From Octopus vulgaris (lineage: Eukaryota): DNA of 64,000 bases. The notes under the pieces are model-generated. The model did not search any database, was not told the DNA's origin, and was given only the letters and a program-made list of their open reading frames with translations. This document shows, piece by piece, positions 1 through 12,544 of this stretch. The DNA is taken from the NCBI GenBank assembly GCA_951406725.2, contig OX597828.1, positions 69,812,001 to 69,876,000 on the forward strand. Direction: 5' to 3'. How positions within the stretch are numbered: the stretch's first letter is position 1; every line of letters starts with the position of its first letter. The position numbers were made by a program, and so were the translations under genes.

Positions 1-621
1 AACGTGGTCGATGCCAGTGCCGCCTGACTGGCTCCTATGCTAGTGGCACATAAAAAGCACCAACCGAATGTGGCCGATGCCAGGGCCACCTGATTGGCTC
101 CTATGCCAGTGGCACATAAAAAGCACCATCCGAATGTGGCCGATGCCAGTGCCGCCTGATTGGCTCCTATGCTAGTGGCACATAAAAAGCACCATCCGAA
201 TGTGGCCGATGCCAGTGCCGCCTGACTGGATCCTATGCCAGTGGCACATAAAAAGCACCATCCGAATGTGGCCGATGCCAGTGCCGCCTGATTGGCTCCT
301 ATGCTAGTGGCACATAAAAAGCACCATCCGAATGTGGCCGATGCCAGTGCCGCCTGACTGGATCCTATGCCAGTGGCACATAAAAAGCATCATCCGAATG
401 TGGCCGATGCCAGGGCCGCCTGATTGGCTCCCCATGCTGGTGGCATGTAAAAAGCAACCACCACACTCTCAGAGTGGTTGGCGTTAAGAAGGGCTTCAAG
501 CTGTAGAAACCTTGCCAGATCACATTGGAGCCTGGTGCAGCCTCCTGGCTTTGCAGACCTCAGTCAAACCGTCCAACCCATGCCGGCATGAAAAGCGGAC
601 GTTAAACAATGATGATGATGA
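1..621 (+). mobile_element. SINE-like element 3' part with internal 66-bp tandem array (~6.8 units, 1-455) and (GAT)n tail
   Basis: GTGGYCGATGCCAG recurs at 4, 70, 136, 202, 268, 334, 400 (period 66). It is followed by the tail ...GTCAAACCGTCCAACCCATGCC...GGACGTTAAAC(GAT)n, which is also seen at 4610-4695. Confidence 0.8.
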
Positions 622-627
622 GTCAAT

Positions 628-676
628 CTCTTACTATTTTGAGTTTCACCTGTGGGTGTAGGGGGTCTTCAGGCAA
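628..676 (-). ncRNA. Decayed type I hammerhead-like motif
   Basis: Minus strand reads CUGAAGA-ccc CCU(acacccac)AGG u-GAAA-CU(caaaau)AG-UA. Stem I pairing is poor. Confidence 0.35.
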
Positions 677-2095
677 GTTTTACCTGAAGCCTTCGTCCAT
701 AGTAAGGTGCCATGCATATATACTTATATCATCATCATCATCATCATTTGATGTCCATCTTCCATACTGGCATTGGTTGGATGGTTGACGGGATCCAGTA
801 GGTGCAAGGATCAATGCAGTTCAATGTCGGACCACAGTTCCCCAAGTGATCAATAATTTGTACAAAATCAACCTGATCCAGTCTCAGACTAGTCTATCGA
901 TCAGCACACTCATCGGATCAATGTGTCTCTGCTTTACACAGTTGATATAATCCATCCTGGCACTCTGTCTGGAATCTGGGATTCTATCAGAGGTTACAGG
1001 ACATTCAAGGACAGCCACACTTCCTGGTGGCCATCACCCACGGCAATCATGAGAGTCCCTGCATTGTTTCCTGCTCATTTACTCTTCAGACATATAACAA
1101 AAACTGCACCTGAAGACACCAGTATACAACACTGACTGAACTGTTATGTCATTAAATACAATTACAATTACAAGCACAATTAACCACAAGACATTGTTAA
1201 TGAATCCTACAAACCACTTCTCATTATTTTGTGGTTTATTAACGAACAAAAATGGAGTACAGGAGTCATTTTAAGAGCAGCTTAATTAATTATTACTTTA
1301 AACTTGCTTTGAGTAGATTTTAATTTTCAATGGTTCGATGGTCACAATATGAGATTAATTAAACTGGCTAATTACTACTCATTATTTTTTTGGATAAACT
1401 TAAGACAGCAAGCTGGCAGAAACCGTTACTGCGCTAGATAAAATATTTTGTTAATATTTACATTCTGAGTTCAAAATACGTGCGAGATTGACTTTATCTT
1501 TCATTCTTCTGGGACCAATAAAATGAGAACCATTTGAGCCTCAGATACAACATTGGCAACACCCGAATACGGAGATACATCGGATGCTCCGGTAACACGT
1601 TTGTAGTGACGCTATACAACAGCGCGCGCGCGCAACGTCCTTTTCTGATTCGCGCGTGTTTTCATCAACAGAAGAGGGAACATTGCTATCGTGGAATTAG
1701 CTGATTGGCTAGGAAAAGCGACCCTTAGAAAAGAGGCAAGGGAACGCAAAAACCTTGACCATCAGCGACCAGCGTCCAGCGTCCAGCAGAGACAGCAGAA
1801 GGCTTTTGATACCAGCAGACGTATATTTCTCTCTGTCCAGCTTTGATAGCAGTCGGCCGAAGGTTTTTTACCAAATTGTTGCAGACAACATCGTCTTCGT
1901 ATTCCGCGGCCATCTTTAACCCGTTCTGTTTTTAGCGGCTGAACATTGTAAATCTTACAAGCGATTAACTTTCAGCCTTGCGCGCCCAGAACCAAGGATA
2001 TCAGATATACCACTGATTTCTCACCGGTATAAAACAATAAAGTATATCTATTTTTTACGTCTGCGTTTTGGTTTCTTTGACTGGTAGAATTCTGG

Positions 2096-2568
2096 ATTAT
2101 TAAAGCAACGGAAAGTGATTGCTTCTCGCACCCACAAAAGGTCCAGAGAAGATATTCACATTTTCCTTACACGTTCAAGCAACGCCTCTCCAGTCACAGA
2201 TCCTCCTTCAGGATACGGGAAGGAGGTGCGTTACGTCATTAGTCAGCCATGTATGGCAGCTGAAGGACAACGGAATTCCACACGTAATATCATAGAGAAT
2301 CCAAGAAAATCCAGGCCCTTACGTAAACGGGACCAAGTGTAAATTGCGCATAACTGAACGGGCGAGGATACTAAAGGACTCACTCGAGCCGGGAAACGTC
2401 CTTAACTCCAGAACAGATGACTTCGGACCATGCTTGCATTTTAGGAAATTCCTGCTAGCCCACTGGGACCCACGCGATAACAGGGTCATTTACAGGGAGA
2501 CAAATACCCTGTTTTTGACAGTAACGAAGTCTTTTACTCCTCCATTTTCTAGAGAGGCCACTTGCTAG
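2096..2568 (+). pseudogene. Disrupted GIY-YIG endonuclease C-terminal region of a Penelope-like element (Naiad/Chlamys-like)
   Basis: Manual translation gives TFKQRLSSHRSSFR, a frameshift, then SLVSHVWQLKDNGIPHVIS*RIQENPGPYVNGTKCKLRITERARIL...VLNSRTDDFGPCLHFRKFLL. This matches the FK.R...H..SF / C.LC..E...I / LN.R......C.H..KF pattern. Confidence 0.7.
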
Positions 2569-2734
2569 AGAAAAGAACACAGCTTGAGAGGGTCTACTGA
2601 GAGCGACACACTTTATCTATTCTGTGTAACTATGTAAATTCGCATTTCCACTTGAGACTTCTTTGCTCGCTTGCGGGAACCTGAAACAACACAAAGAACA
2701 ATTTTAATGGGAGAAGGCGATAGTCATCCGATAT

Positions 2735-3188
<454 letters not shown>

Positions 3189-3318
3189 TGTCAGTGTATC
3201 ATGTATCCCAATAAAAAGGACTCTCTAAAGCATAGAGCAGTAATGCATTTATCTGCAGCTAAGTTTATGTCCGGTCATAGAGTGACCAATGGTTTCGCAT
3301 CCTTAAGAATTATATGGC

Positions 3319-3400
3319 CTTCACCATTTGAGTCTGACGAGTCGTCCATGGAGCTAAGCCCTTTGTGGATGCGAAACCATTGGTCATTCTATGGCTGGAG
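3319..3400 (+). ncRNA. Type I hammerhead ribozyme, canonical core
   Basis: GAGU-CUGACGA(3334-40)-G u CGUCCAU...GUGGAUG C-GAAA(3373-76)-CCA u UGG-UC(cleavage after 3385)-AUUC. Stem I is extended by CCAU/AUGG and CUUCA/UGGAG. Confidence 0.88.
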
Positions 3401-3409
3401 ATATACTTA

Positions 3410-3450
<41 letters not shown>

Positions 3451-3964
3451 GGGGGGAATAATTATAATCCTGGCTATCATCTCATTAACAAGTCATGCGG
3501 GATCCTGGTTAGCATAGTAAACCAAAGTCAAAAGGCGATCCATAAGATTTCGATTAATATTACTGTCTACCACACAATTCCCAGGTTAGATCCAGTAGGG
3601 TTAATGTAAGCCCCGCAGAGTACATAATAAAAGTAATAATTTAAACGAGGAAAGAAGTTATGGCGATATTACAATTGTTAATGTAAACGGAGAATATCAT
3701 TTATTCCGTATCTTATACAACGTTACGCAATTCAGACAATGTTGTGTAATCCATGCCATAATATATGGAAATATGTGGTATGAATTGTATAACATTCGTT
3801 GAGATTATGGAATAAATGATATCGTTTGTTTACAGAAACAATTGAAATGTCAACGTGACTTCTCCTTTCATCATTTAAATTATTACTTTTATATGTATGT
3901 ATATATGTAAGACCTGTACCTAAAGTAGACCTGTACCTACTCAAGAAGACCCGTCCTCTGCAGT

Positions 3965-4370
3965 AGAAGTGTTAGTTAGGGCAGCGGACTCGCGGTAGGA
4001 GGATCGCAGTTTCGATTCCCAGACCGGGCGTTGTGTGTGTTCATTGAGCGAAAACACCTAAAGCTCCACGAGGTTCCGGCAGGGGGTGGTGGCGACCCCT
4101 GTTGTACTCTTTCACCCCAACTTTCTCTCACTCTTTCTTCCTGTTTCTTGTCCCCGACTTCCTACGCAACCGCTGAGCCTGGATGCGCATTCATCCATCC
4201 GCCGATGCTCTCGGTGTCAGGGGTTGATCTGCTTTCTCTTCTGCGGGTCTTACGAATAGCAAAGGACCACGTTTCGGACTTCTCCCACTACAGAGGCGCG
4301 ATCTTGCGAGCTCTGGGACGAAGACCGCTTCGCTCAATAGCAACGGCAACAGCAGAAGTGTTAAAACAGG
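3965..4370 (+). mobile_element. tRNA-derived SINE (head type A) with a different 3' body
   Basis: GTTAGGGCAGCGGACTCGCGG...GTTTCGATTCCCAGACC head plus the shared central domain. Confidence 0.7.
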
Positions 4371-4399
4371 TCCTTCTCGTGGTGAGGATTGACCCGCAA

Positions 4400-4652
4400 G
4401 TGTCCCGTGCCGGTGCCACATAAAAAGCATTCGTGGTGGTGCCACGTAAAAGCACCTGCGTGGTGCCATGTAAAAGCGTCCATGCGGCACCACGTAAAAG
4501 TGCCCATGCAGTGCCACGCAGTGGTTGGTGTCAGCAAGGGCATCCAGCGGTAGAAACCATGCCAAATCAGGCTGAAGTCCAGTGCAGCTCCCCAGTTTGA
4601 CAGCTCTGGTCAAACCGTCCAACCCATGCCAGCACGGACAACAGGACATTAA

Positions 4653-4695
<43 letters not shown>
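4400..4695 (+). mobile_element. SINE 3' part with short internal GTGCCACGTAAAAGCA repeats and (GAT)n tail
   Basis: About five 20-25-bp repeats, then a tail homologous to 460-621. Confidence 0.7.
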
Positions 4696-4696
<1 letters not shown>

Positions 4697-4700
4697 ATAT

Positions 4701-4989
4701 ACAATTGCAGCGTGGAAGGTGTTTATAAAGCCATTTAAGAAACACCCCAAAACCGTTAGATTCACTTCAACATTTAAATTTAATTTGCCAAAATATTTTC
4801 GTCGCTTTGAGACCGCGATCTGTTCACAGACAAGATTCCGTGCTGCATCTCTGACTTTTGTCAGTGAACAGATCGCGGTTCCAAAACGACGAAAATATTT
4901 TGACAAATTAAATTTAAACGTTGAAGTGGATCTAACGGATTTTGGGTGTTTCTTAAATGGCTTATAAACACCTTCCACGCTGCAATTGT
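4701..4989. repeat. Foldback/palindromic MITE-like element, ~135-bp arms
   Basis: ACAATTGCAGCGTGGAAGGTGTTTATAA...CTGTTCAC is mirrored by GTGAACAG...TTATAAACACCTTCCACGCTGCAATTGT, with a ~20-nt spacer. Confidence 0.9.
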
Positions 4990-5124
4990 TTTCGTTCCAG
5001 TACACGATCTCATATCATGTGACTTGCTATGTAATAGTAATACACACACACACACGTTTATATTGTACTGTTATTTAAAGCACATATTCCCAACGCGTAC
5101 ACACACACACACACACACACACAC

Positions 5125-5190
<66 letters not shown>

Positions 5191-5266
5191 TATATCTATG
5201 CATACATACTTATGTATCTGTGTATATAAATCTCTCTCTCTCCCTCTCTGTCTGTCTCTGTCTCTG

Positions 5267-5298
<32 letters not shown>

Positions 5299-5374
5299 GC
5301 TGTAGAAAACTTTAATAAAAAGAGTTTTGGATGTGAATAAATCTCCACTCTCTTCTTGGTTTTCAATTACATGA

Positions 5375-5497
<123 letters not shown>

Positions 5498-6182
5498 TGG
5501 ATGGATGGATGGATGTATATATGCATATGTATGAAGGTATGTACAAGAAGTTTCCATAAAGTTTTTGTCTAATTCCACTCGCAGTTCATTGGTTAGCTGG
5601 AAGCTCCAATAGAAAACATGCATCCATGGTGCCGTGCATTGGTACAGAACTTGAGACCATTTGATAACAATACCAAACTCTGTAGCTACACAGTCATATA
5701 TACATCAACATAATTTATTCACACACACATATTGGCGCGAGCTCACGCATGCATTTAAAAAAAAATTACTAATTTTGTAACAAAACCTAAAAGTACACCA
5801 CACATTGAATCAAATGTTCGTAGAATATCTGGTGTGCATTTGTTAAACGAGTGTAGAATATCTGGTGTGTATATATTTATTAATGATGCAGAATTAAACA
5901 GGACCAGGGTGCGGCTGTCATTTCTCTGGTTGGCTGTATGTGAAAACGAGATTGGGAAACGGCTTAATTAGTTCAGAAAGGGTTTAATTAATTGAGAAAT
6001 TGTGCAGTGTCTACATTTATCGCATTACATGGCATATATTCTATCAATCTACTGATTGGTGAATACGGTTGAGAGAGAAAGAGAAAAAGAAAGAGCCAAT
6101 TGAACGAAACCATGGTTTGGAAGGGTAACGTGGTCGTTGCTTAACTGTCACACACACACACATAAATATAGATATATATGTG

Positions 6183-6236
<54 letters not shown>

Positions 6237-6240
6237 CATA

Positions 6241-6282
<42 letters not shown>

Positions 6283-6304
6283 GTAGAAAAAAATATATAT
6301 ATAC

Positions 6305-6815
6305 AAACTGGGACAAGAACGTAAAACATTTAGAAGACGATACAAAAACACGGACGGGACATTCGAAGCCTTCAATCTTCAGTCAAGAACCGGATCATCC
6401 TAGCAATTTCGGCTGATTAATCTTGAGATCGCTCCGATCCGGCCAGCCCCAAGGAAAAACTAAGCTACGAGCATTAGATTTCTTGGAAAAAGGATCGAAT
6501 GTATACGAAACAGGGACAGAAAAACGGACGATGCCACACGAATATAAAATACAAAAAACAATAATAGTAATAACAGGACAAAAACAGCGGGTGTCTTACG
6601 ACTAATAGACAGTACAACTTAGTTTAGCTGGCGTATTTGGAAAAAAATGCCTTTTTCGGCAGACGAAGACAACGATGTTCTCATGGCGCTGGTTAGAAGC
6701 CGAAAGGCTGGTTGACCAGCGGTCACGTGAGAGGAGAAGGGAGAGAAAAAAAGGGGGCAAAGGAATCAAAGAGAGAGAGAAAAAGAGGGACGAAGGCACC
6801 AAAGGGGGAGAGAGA
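6305..6815 (-). mobile_element. Non-coding interspersed repeat (PLE-like family X, copy A) carrying hammerhead-like modules
   Basis: Homologous to 6925-7610, 29660-30330, 37520-37632 and more distantly to 17824-18282. Bounded by (TA)n. Confidence 0.7.
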
Positions 6816-6851
6816 AATATGTATATATACATGTGTGTGTATATATATATG

Positions 6852-6914
<63 letters not shown>

Positions 6915-6924
6915 AAAAATACAA

Positions 6925-7608
6925 AATGAGACAAGAACGCAAAACATCCAGACAGTTAGGAGATACAAAAAAGGGACAACAAAATATCCGGATAGACGAT
7001 ACAAAGAAAACAAGGACGGGTCATTCGGAGTTTTCTTTCTTCAGTTGAGTTCCAGATTATCTTTGCAATTTCAGTTGGTTATACTCGAGATTGTTGCAAT
7101 CTGGCCAGCCCCAAGGAAAAACTAAGCTAAGAGCATTAGATTCTTTGGAAGAAAGGAGCGAATGTATACGAAAACAAGCACGGGAAAAAAATGGAGAATG
7201 TTTCACAAATATAAATAACAGGACATAACAACAGGTGTCTTTCGACTAAGGACGAATTAAATTAAGCTGGTGTGTGTGTGGAAGTAAAGTCTTATGGCAG
7301 GGATACAAGATTTCACAGGCACAGGGAGGAATATAGATGTTGCACGGATGGCGACCGAACCAAGAAAGAAAGGTGGTCAGGATTAGCCGAACACCAGTCA
7401 CGTGGGGAGAGAAGAGAGAGAGAGGTAGAGGCAGAGGGACAGAAGAAATAAGGGGGAGGCGAGAAAAAATGACAGGGATACAGTGAAGTGAAAAGAGGAG
7501 GGAAAGTGAGCAAGAAGGGAAGGCAAAGAAATGTGAGAGAAGGGGAACGAAAGAACGAAGAGTGGAATGAACGAAGTAAGCGTGAAAGAGCTGATAGAAA
7601 GAAGGAAA

Positions 7609-7610
<2 letters not shown>
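6925..7610 (-). mobile_element. Family X, copy B
   Basis: Shares GACAAGAACG, GGCCAGCCCCAAGGAAAAACTAAGCT, GAATGTATACGAAA and GTCACGTG blocks with copy A, followed by a purine-rich tract. Confidence 0.7.
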
Positions 7611-7682
<72 letters not shown>

Positions 7683-7685
7683 GTG

Positions 7686-8050
7686 GAGGCGCAATGGCCC
7701 AGTGGTTAGGGCAGCGGACTCGCGGTCGTAGGATCGCGGTTTCGATTGAGTGTTTATTGAGCGAAAACACCTAAAAGCTCCACGAAGGCTCCGGCAGGGG
7801 ATGGTGGTGATCCCTGCTGTACTCTTTCACCACAACTTTCTCTCACTCTTGCTTCTTGTTTCTGTTGTACCTGTATTTCAAAGGGCCGGCCTTGTCACTC
7901 TCTGTGTCACGCTGAATATCCCCGAGAACTACGTTAAGGGTACACGTGTCTGTGGAGTGCTCAGCCACTTACACGTTAATTTCACGAGCAGGCTGTTCCG
8001 TTGATTCGGATCAACCGGAACCCTCGTCGTCGTAACCGACGGAGAGCTTC
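7686..8050 (+). mobile_element. tRNA-derived SINE (head type A), third tail type
   Basis: GGCGCAATGGCCCAGTGGTTAGGGCAGCGGACTCGCGGTCGTAGGATCGCGGTTTCGATT head. Its tail also occurs inverted at ~20290-20370. Confidence 0.8.
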
Positions 8051-8052
8051 TT

Positions 8053-8118
<66 letters not shown>

Positions 8119-8519
8119 TAAGTATGCATATATATTGTTAAATTTCGGGATGGTCCTTTTTTTTTAATGCCAAATAAACACATGCACTACATACACGTTA
8201 TTCACTTGTTTACTATTGTTATTATTTTATCGTTAGTCCATTGTCCGGAAATATTTTGTCCCACACCTGTGACCTCTTCAAGCGACTCTCTATCTCACGT
8301 GTCTCCGCCTGAGGAGTGTGTGTATGTGTGTGTGTGTTCACACACACATAACTATATGCACATGTGTGTGTGTTTGTTTGTGAATACGTGTTTATACATG
8401 TGCATATGTGTTGCGCGTATGTGTTTGTGTGCCACTGATCGTCATGAAACGGTCAAATAAAATGTCTTTGTTTTAGTTGTAGAAAACATCTCGCCGTCAG
8501 CTCAACCTGTTCTCTCATG

Positions 8520-9195
8520 TGGAGAACCTGAAGGGTGTCGCCATCAATGGGGGTGCAATAAAATGAAAGACAGGAGAGATTGTAGAAATGTTGGAGTCCA
8601 AGCGTGTGGATGTGGGCTGTGTAGAAGAGAGTAGGACAGAGATGCGGCCTAACCAAACCCCTTTCATGCGCAACCAGCAAAAGCACAATGATACAAATTC
8701 ATCAGCCCACATGGCAGCAGTGGATTTAGTGGAGAGAAATGGATAAAATAGCTGACCTCATCAGATTAGGTCACGGAATATTTTAAATTTAGACCCGCGA
8801 TGACCAGTATGACCTTTGCCTTTCATCCTTTCGGGGTCGATTAAATAAGTACCAGTTACGCACTGGGGTCGATATAATCGACTTACTCCCTTGGTCTGTC
8901 CTTGTTTGTCCTCTCTATGTTTAGCCCCTTGTGGGCAATAAAGAAATATATTCCCTTCACAGTGAGGACTGATAGATGAACAAAAGGGGTGCTGGTGTCA
9001 AGCCATCTGGCGGACTCTCCAGAAAACGAATGGGGACGTTATTGTCATGGATAGTAACTTTAATGGAGTTCTGGGCAAAGCCACGATGGATACCCCGATG
9101 TACATGGAAGGTATGGATATGGAATACGGAATAAAGTGGGAATAGAAAATATTGCAGTTATGTCACAGAAATCATTGAATCATTTGCAATACATG
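8520..9195 (+). pseudogene. RTE-clade LINE AP-endonuclease relic interrupted by a SINE (8810-8948)
   Basis: TGEIVEMLESKRVDVGCVEESR, then DVIVMDSNFNGVLG and HGRYGYGIRNKVG. These resemble RTE APE motifs (D..C.QE.RW, GDFNGHVG, GYG.RN.EG). Confidence 0.65.
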
Positions 9196-10489
9196 TAGCC
9201 ATGTTTATCTTTGGTTCATTCATCACTGATCTGGAATAACACGGTTAGCTCAATTGCGAACCGTGTTACTTTTATCACGGATTGATCTGTGATAAACCAT
9301 GCTGCGCGGTTTACGTATACGTTTCATCGACATGGGACCAGTGAACAGAAAATTTATGAAGGCATCCGATCCCACTGGAAAAGGCAGAGATGATCAAGAA
9401 AATACGTGACGGTGGAAACTTCGCTGCTGTTGGACAGACTTTTGTGTCAATGAATTTATCATTCGTTCCATTTACAAATGCGTAAGAATGATTCGTTTAC
9501 CACTGTCTTCTTTTACTTTCCTGGGGCCAACTCCCTGTGATAAACGAGGATAGATGTACTAACTTCAGGGAAATCAACCAGCCACTTGATCACCTCACCA
9601 ATCAGGTGAATACATAAGCTAGGTCTACTTCAGACTCACTGGGAAGCAGGAAAGATAAACAGTTGCAAATACTAACCAGTACTAACACTGCATCATCGTG
9701 CGATGAAGAAGGAATAAGAGTTGTAGAGGAAATTCAACAGACTGTCTGAGAAAATATGAAGGAAAAAAATCTCAAAGAAAACTCAACAGAAAATCACGGA
9801 AACAGGTGAGGAGGAACAATTTCTTCAAAGCAGCAATGATATCTTTCTTCAGAAAAACAACTAAGAAAAAAAAATGAAAAGATTGTAGTAGAAATATGAT
9901 TCAGAAATCAAAGAATTGATAGATAAAATTATCCAACTGTAGAGCCAAGGATTTCTTGGAAGAAATTAAAACGACACAAAAACAGTTATTGTTCAGAATA
10001 TAAACAACGTGCAAAAGATAGATTATTAGTAAAATTAAAACAAAACAATGAACTTTAAAGAGCATACCCTAAAGATGGAATTCTTCAATGTCAAACATCT
10101 CAAAAAATATATCAATGCCCCTGGTTGCACTCGTTATAAATTCGATAATTGGTTAATTGGTGGAGCTGAGGGGGGGAGGCCCTAATTCACCATAATCAGT
10201 AATCTTGCATGTTTTATTTCCTTTTAATTATATCTTGTTTTAATTATTGAGTGTCTTATCGTACGTTCTTTAGATTTCCGTGCAATTAAATGTACTTTTA
10301 AAATCTGAAAACGCCCATTCATATATTGAATAACGTCCATCACCAACTTCCTTTCCGTTTTGCTAAACTTGTCTCTAATTTTTCCTTCTGTGTAAACCCC
10401 CCGAGAAAGTTTCATACTTTTTTTGTCCCTTCAAGCCTTTGTCGCTAATAAAAAGACTATTATTATTATTATTATTGTTATTGTTGATA

Positions 10490-11040
10490 AGGCAGAATCG
10501 TTTGCACGCCGGGTGGAATGCTTAGTGGAATTTCGTCCGTCTTTATGCTCTGAGTTCAAATTCCGCCGAGGTCGACTTTACCTTTCATCCTTTCAGGGTC
10601 GATAAATTAAGTGCCGGTGAGACACTGGGATCAATGTAATCGACTGGTTCCCTCCCACAAACTTCAGGTCTTGTACCTTTAGTAGAAAGGATTATTATTA
10701 TTATTATTATTATAAAGGCGGGCGAAATGCTTAGCGGTATATCGTCTGTCTTCACGTTCAAACTCTGCCAGGGTCGATTTTGCCTTTCATCCTTTCAGAT
10801 TCGATAAAATAAGCACCAGTTGTGTAGCAGGGATCGATGAAATCGGCTTGTCCCTCTCGCCCAAATTTCAGGCCTTGTGCCTACAGTAAAAAGAATTATC
10901 ATTATTATTAGGAGTGGCTGTGTGGTAAGAAGCTCGCTTCCCAACCACATGTTTCCAGGTTCAGTCCCACTGCATGGCAAGTGTCTTCTACTATAGCCTC
11001 GAACCGACAAAAGCCTTGTGACGGAAACTGAAAGAGGCCC

Positions 11041-11124
<84 letters not shown>

Positions 11125-11200
11125 TGCCCCCACCACCATCACCATGCGGTGCTCCAGCACGGCCGCAGTCAAATGACTGAAACAAGTAAAAGAATGTAGG
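10490..11200 (+). mobile_element. Cluster of three SINE copies (two type B, one type C)
   Basis: CTGAGTTCAAATTCCGCCGAGGTCGACTTT...CTTTCATCCTTTC blocks at 10550 and 10755. Type C head AGGAGTGGCTGTGTGGTAAG at 10910 ends in GCAGTCAAATGACTGAAACAAGTAAAAG. Confidence 0.75.
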
Positions 11201-11486
11201 GCTAACATCAATCAAGGTGGGGTTACTACCACATTAAAGGATGTGACAGAGAATATATGATAGAAAGGAGAGAAATAAATAATAAATAGATAAACAAACA
11301 GAATCCCCTATAGCGGGGCAGTCCACTTAGGGTAAACCGGAGTAAACCCTACACAAAAACCACGGATTACTCTGCCGTCTCCAAAGTATGGGAAAACGCC
11401 CCTCTTCCAGTTTCTTTCTTCCTGTAAATGCTAGAAATGGCGTTTGAACTGAGATCTACTGAATTAGGCCTGACTCAGGGTTAAAC

Positions 11487-11518
<32 letters not shown>

Positions 11519-12319
11519 CAACAACAGCAGCAGCAGCAGCAGCATCACATATACTCTCTTTGTCTTCAAGAAACTCAAATGTATTTCAAGTCGGGTCGTA
11601 AATCTAAAAAGACTGAGCGAAGCACATTAACGAAAGATGGCGACGGTGGTGGCGTGAGCGGTTGTTGCGGTCTTGTTGATAATGTTACTAGTTGTGATAG
11701 TATAGGTGGTGGTGGTGGTGGTGGTGGCGGTGGTATAGTGCTGGAGGTGGTTGCAATGGTGATACTGATGGTGATGGTCGTGGTCGCACTAGTGTTGACG
11801 GCAGCGGTTATGTCAGTAGTAGTGGTGGTGGTGAAAGTGGCGCTACTGTAAAGGTAGTAGTAGTAGTAGTAGTAGAGGTGGTGGTGGTGATGGTGGTGGC
11901 TGCGGCGGCGATGTCGTCATCAAGCTATCATTTATCATGTGACCTAAAAAAATTCTATAACTTTCAGAATAGCACCAGAGGTTCTCAAATTTCTTCAGAT
12001 TTTACTGATTCCAGTGAATGGTGTCCGGGTCTCATGGAATCGTGGCTCACAAGACTTTGGTCTTTGGGAAATAAAGTTTGGTTCGATAGGGAAATTGTAG
12101 GAAAGAAATCCATACTAAATTCTACTGTTTTGGAGGGGTGAGTGGATTAGAGGGTGGTGATGTGGTGGTTGTGGTGGTGGTGATTGTAGTAAGTGAGGGT
12201 GGGGTAGAGAATGTGGGAGTGGGTTGGGCGGGTGGGTGTAGAAATTAAACACACATTTCCCAGTATTTTGTATCAGGTTTCTTATGTTGCCAACAGTGAG
12301 AATAGCAACAAGGATAAGA

Positions 12320-12510
12320 GTAGCAGCAGTAGCAGCAGCAGCAGCAGCAACGACAGCGACAACAGCGACATCACCACCACCACCATCATCATCGTCATCA
12401 ACAACAACCACAGCATCATCATCATTATCATCATCACCATCATCATCACCATCATCATGATCATGATTATCATCATGATCATCATGATCATGATCATCAT
12501 CATCACCACC

Positions 12511-12544
<34 letters not shown>

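Noticed and set aside
1-455. CRISPR-like regular array (also the 184-bp array at 13981-14625)
   Set aside because: Units are repeated in full with no unique spacers, there are no cas genes, and the context is eukaryotic SINE.
1040-1150. Two further CUGAAGA motifs (minus ~1083, plus ~1110); similar weak hits near 8270, 40214 and 52865
   Set aside because: Stem II or the GAAA/UH elements are not properly formed. They may be older hammerhead relics but cannot be supported.
1725-1913. 62-aa minus-strand ORF with a good start context
   Set aside because: No recognisable homology, and it lies within a probable transposon-derived block.
7686-7750. tRNA gene
   Set aside because: A/B boxes are present but there is no complete cloverleaf or acceptor stem. 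It continues into a SINE body and recurs at 3965 and 3090.
9230-10110. Coding-like relics (possible piggyBac or other transposase); similar at 55270-55515
   Set aside because: Too decayed to assign a family without a database search.
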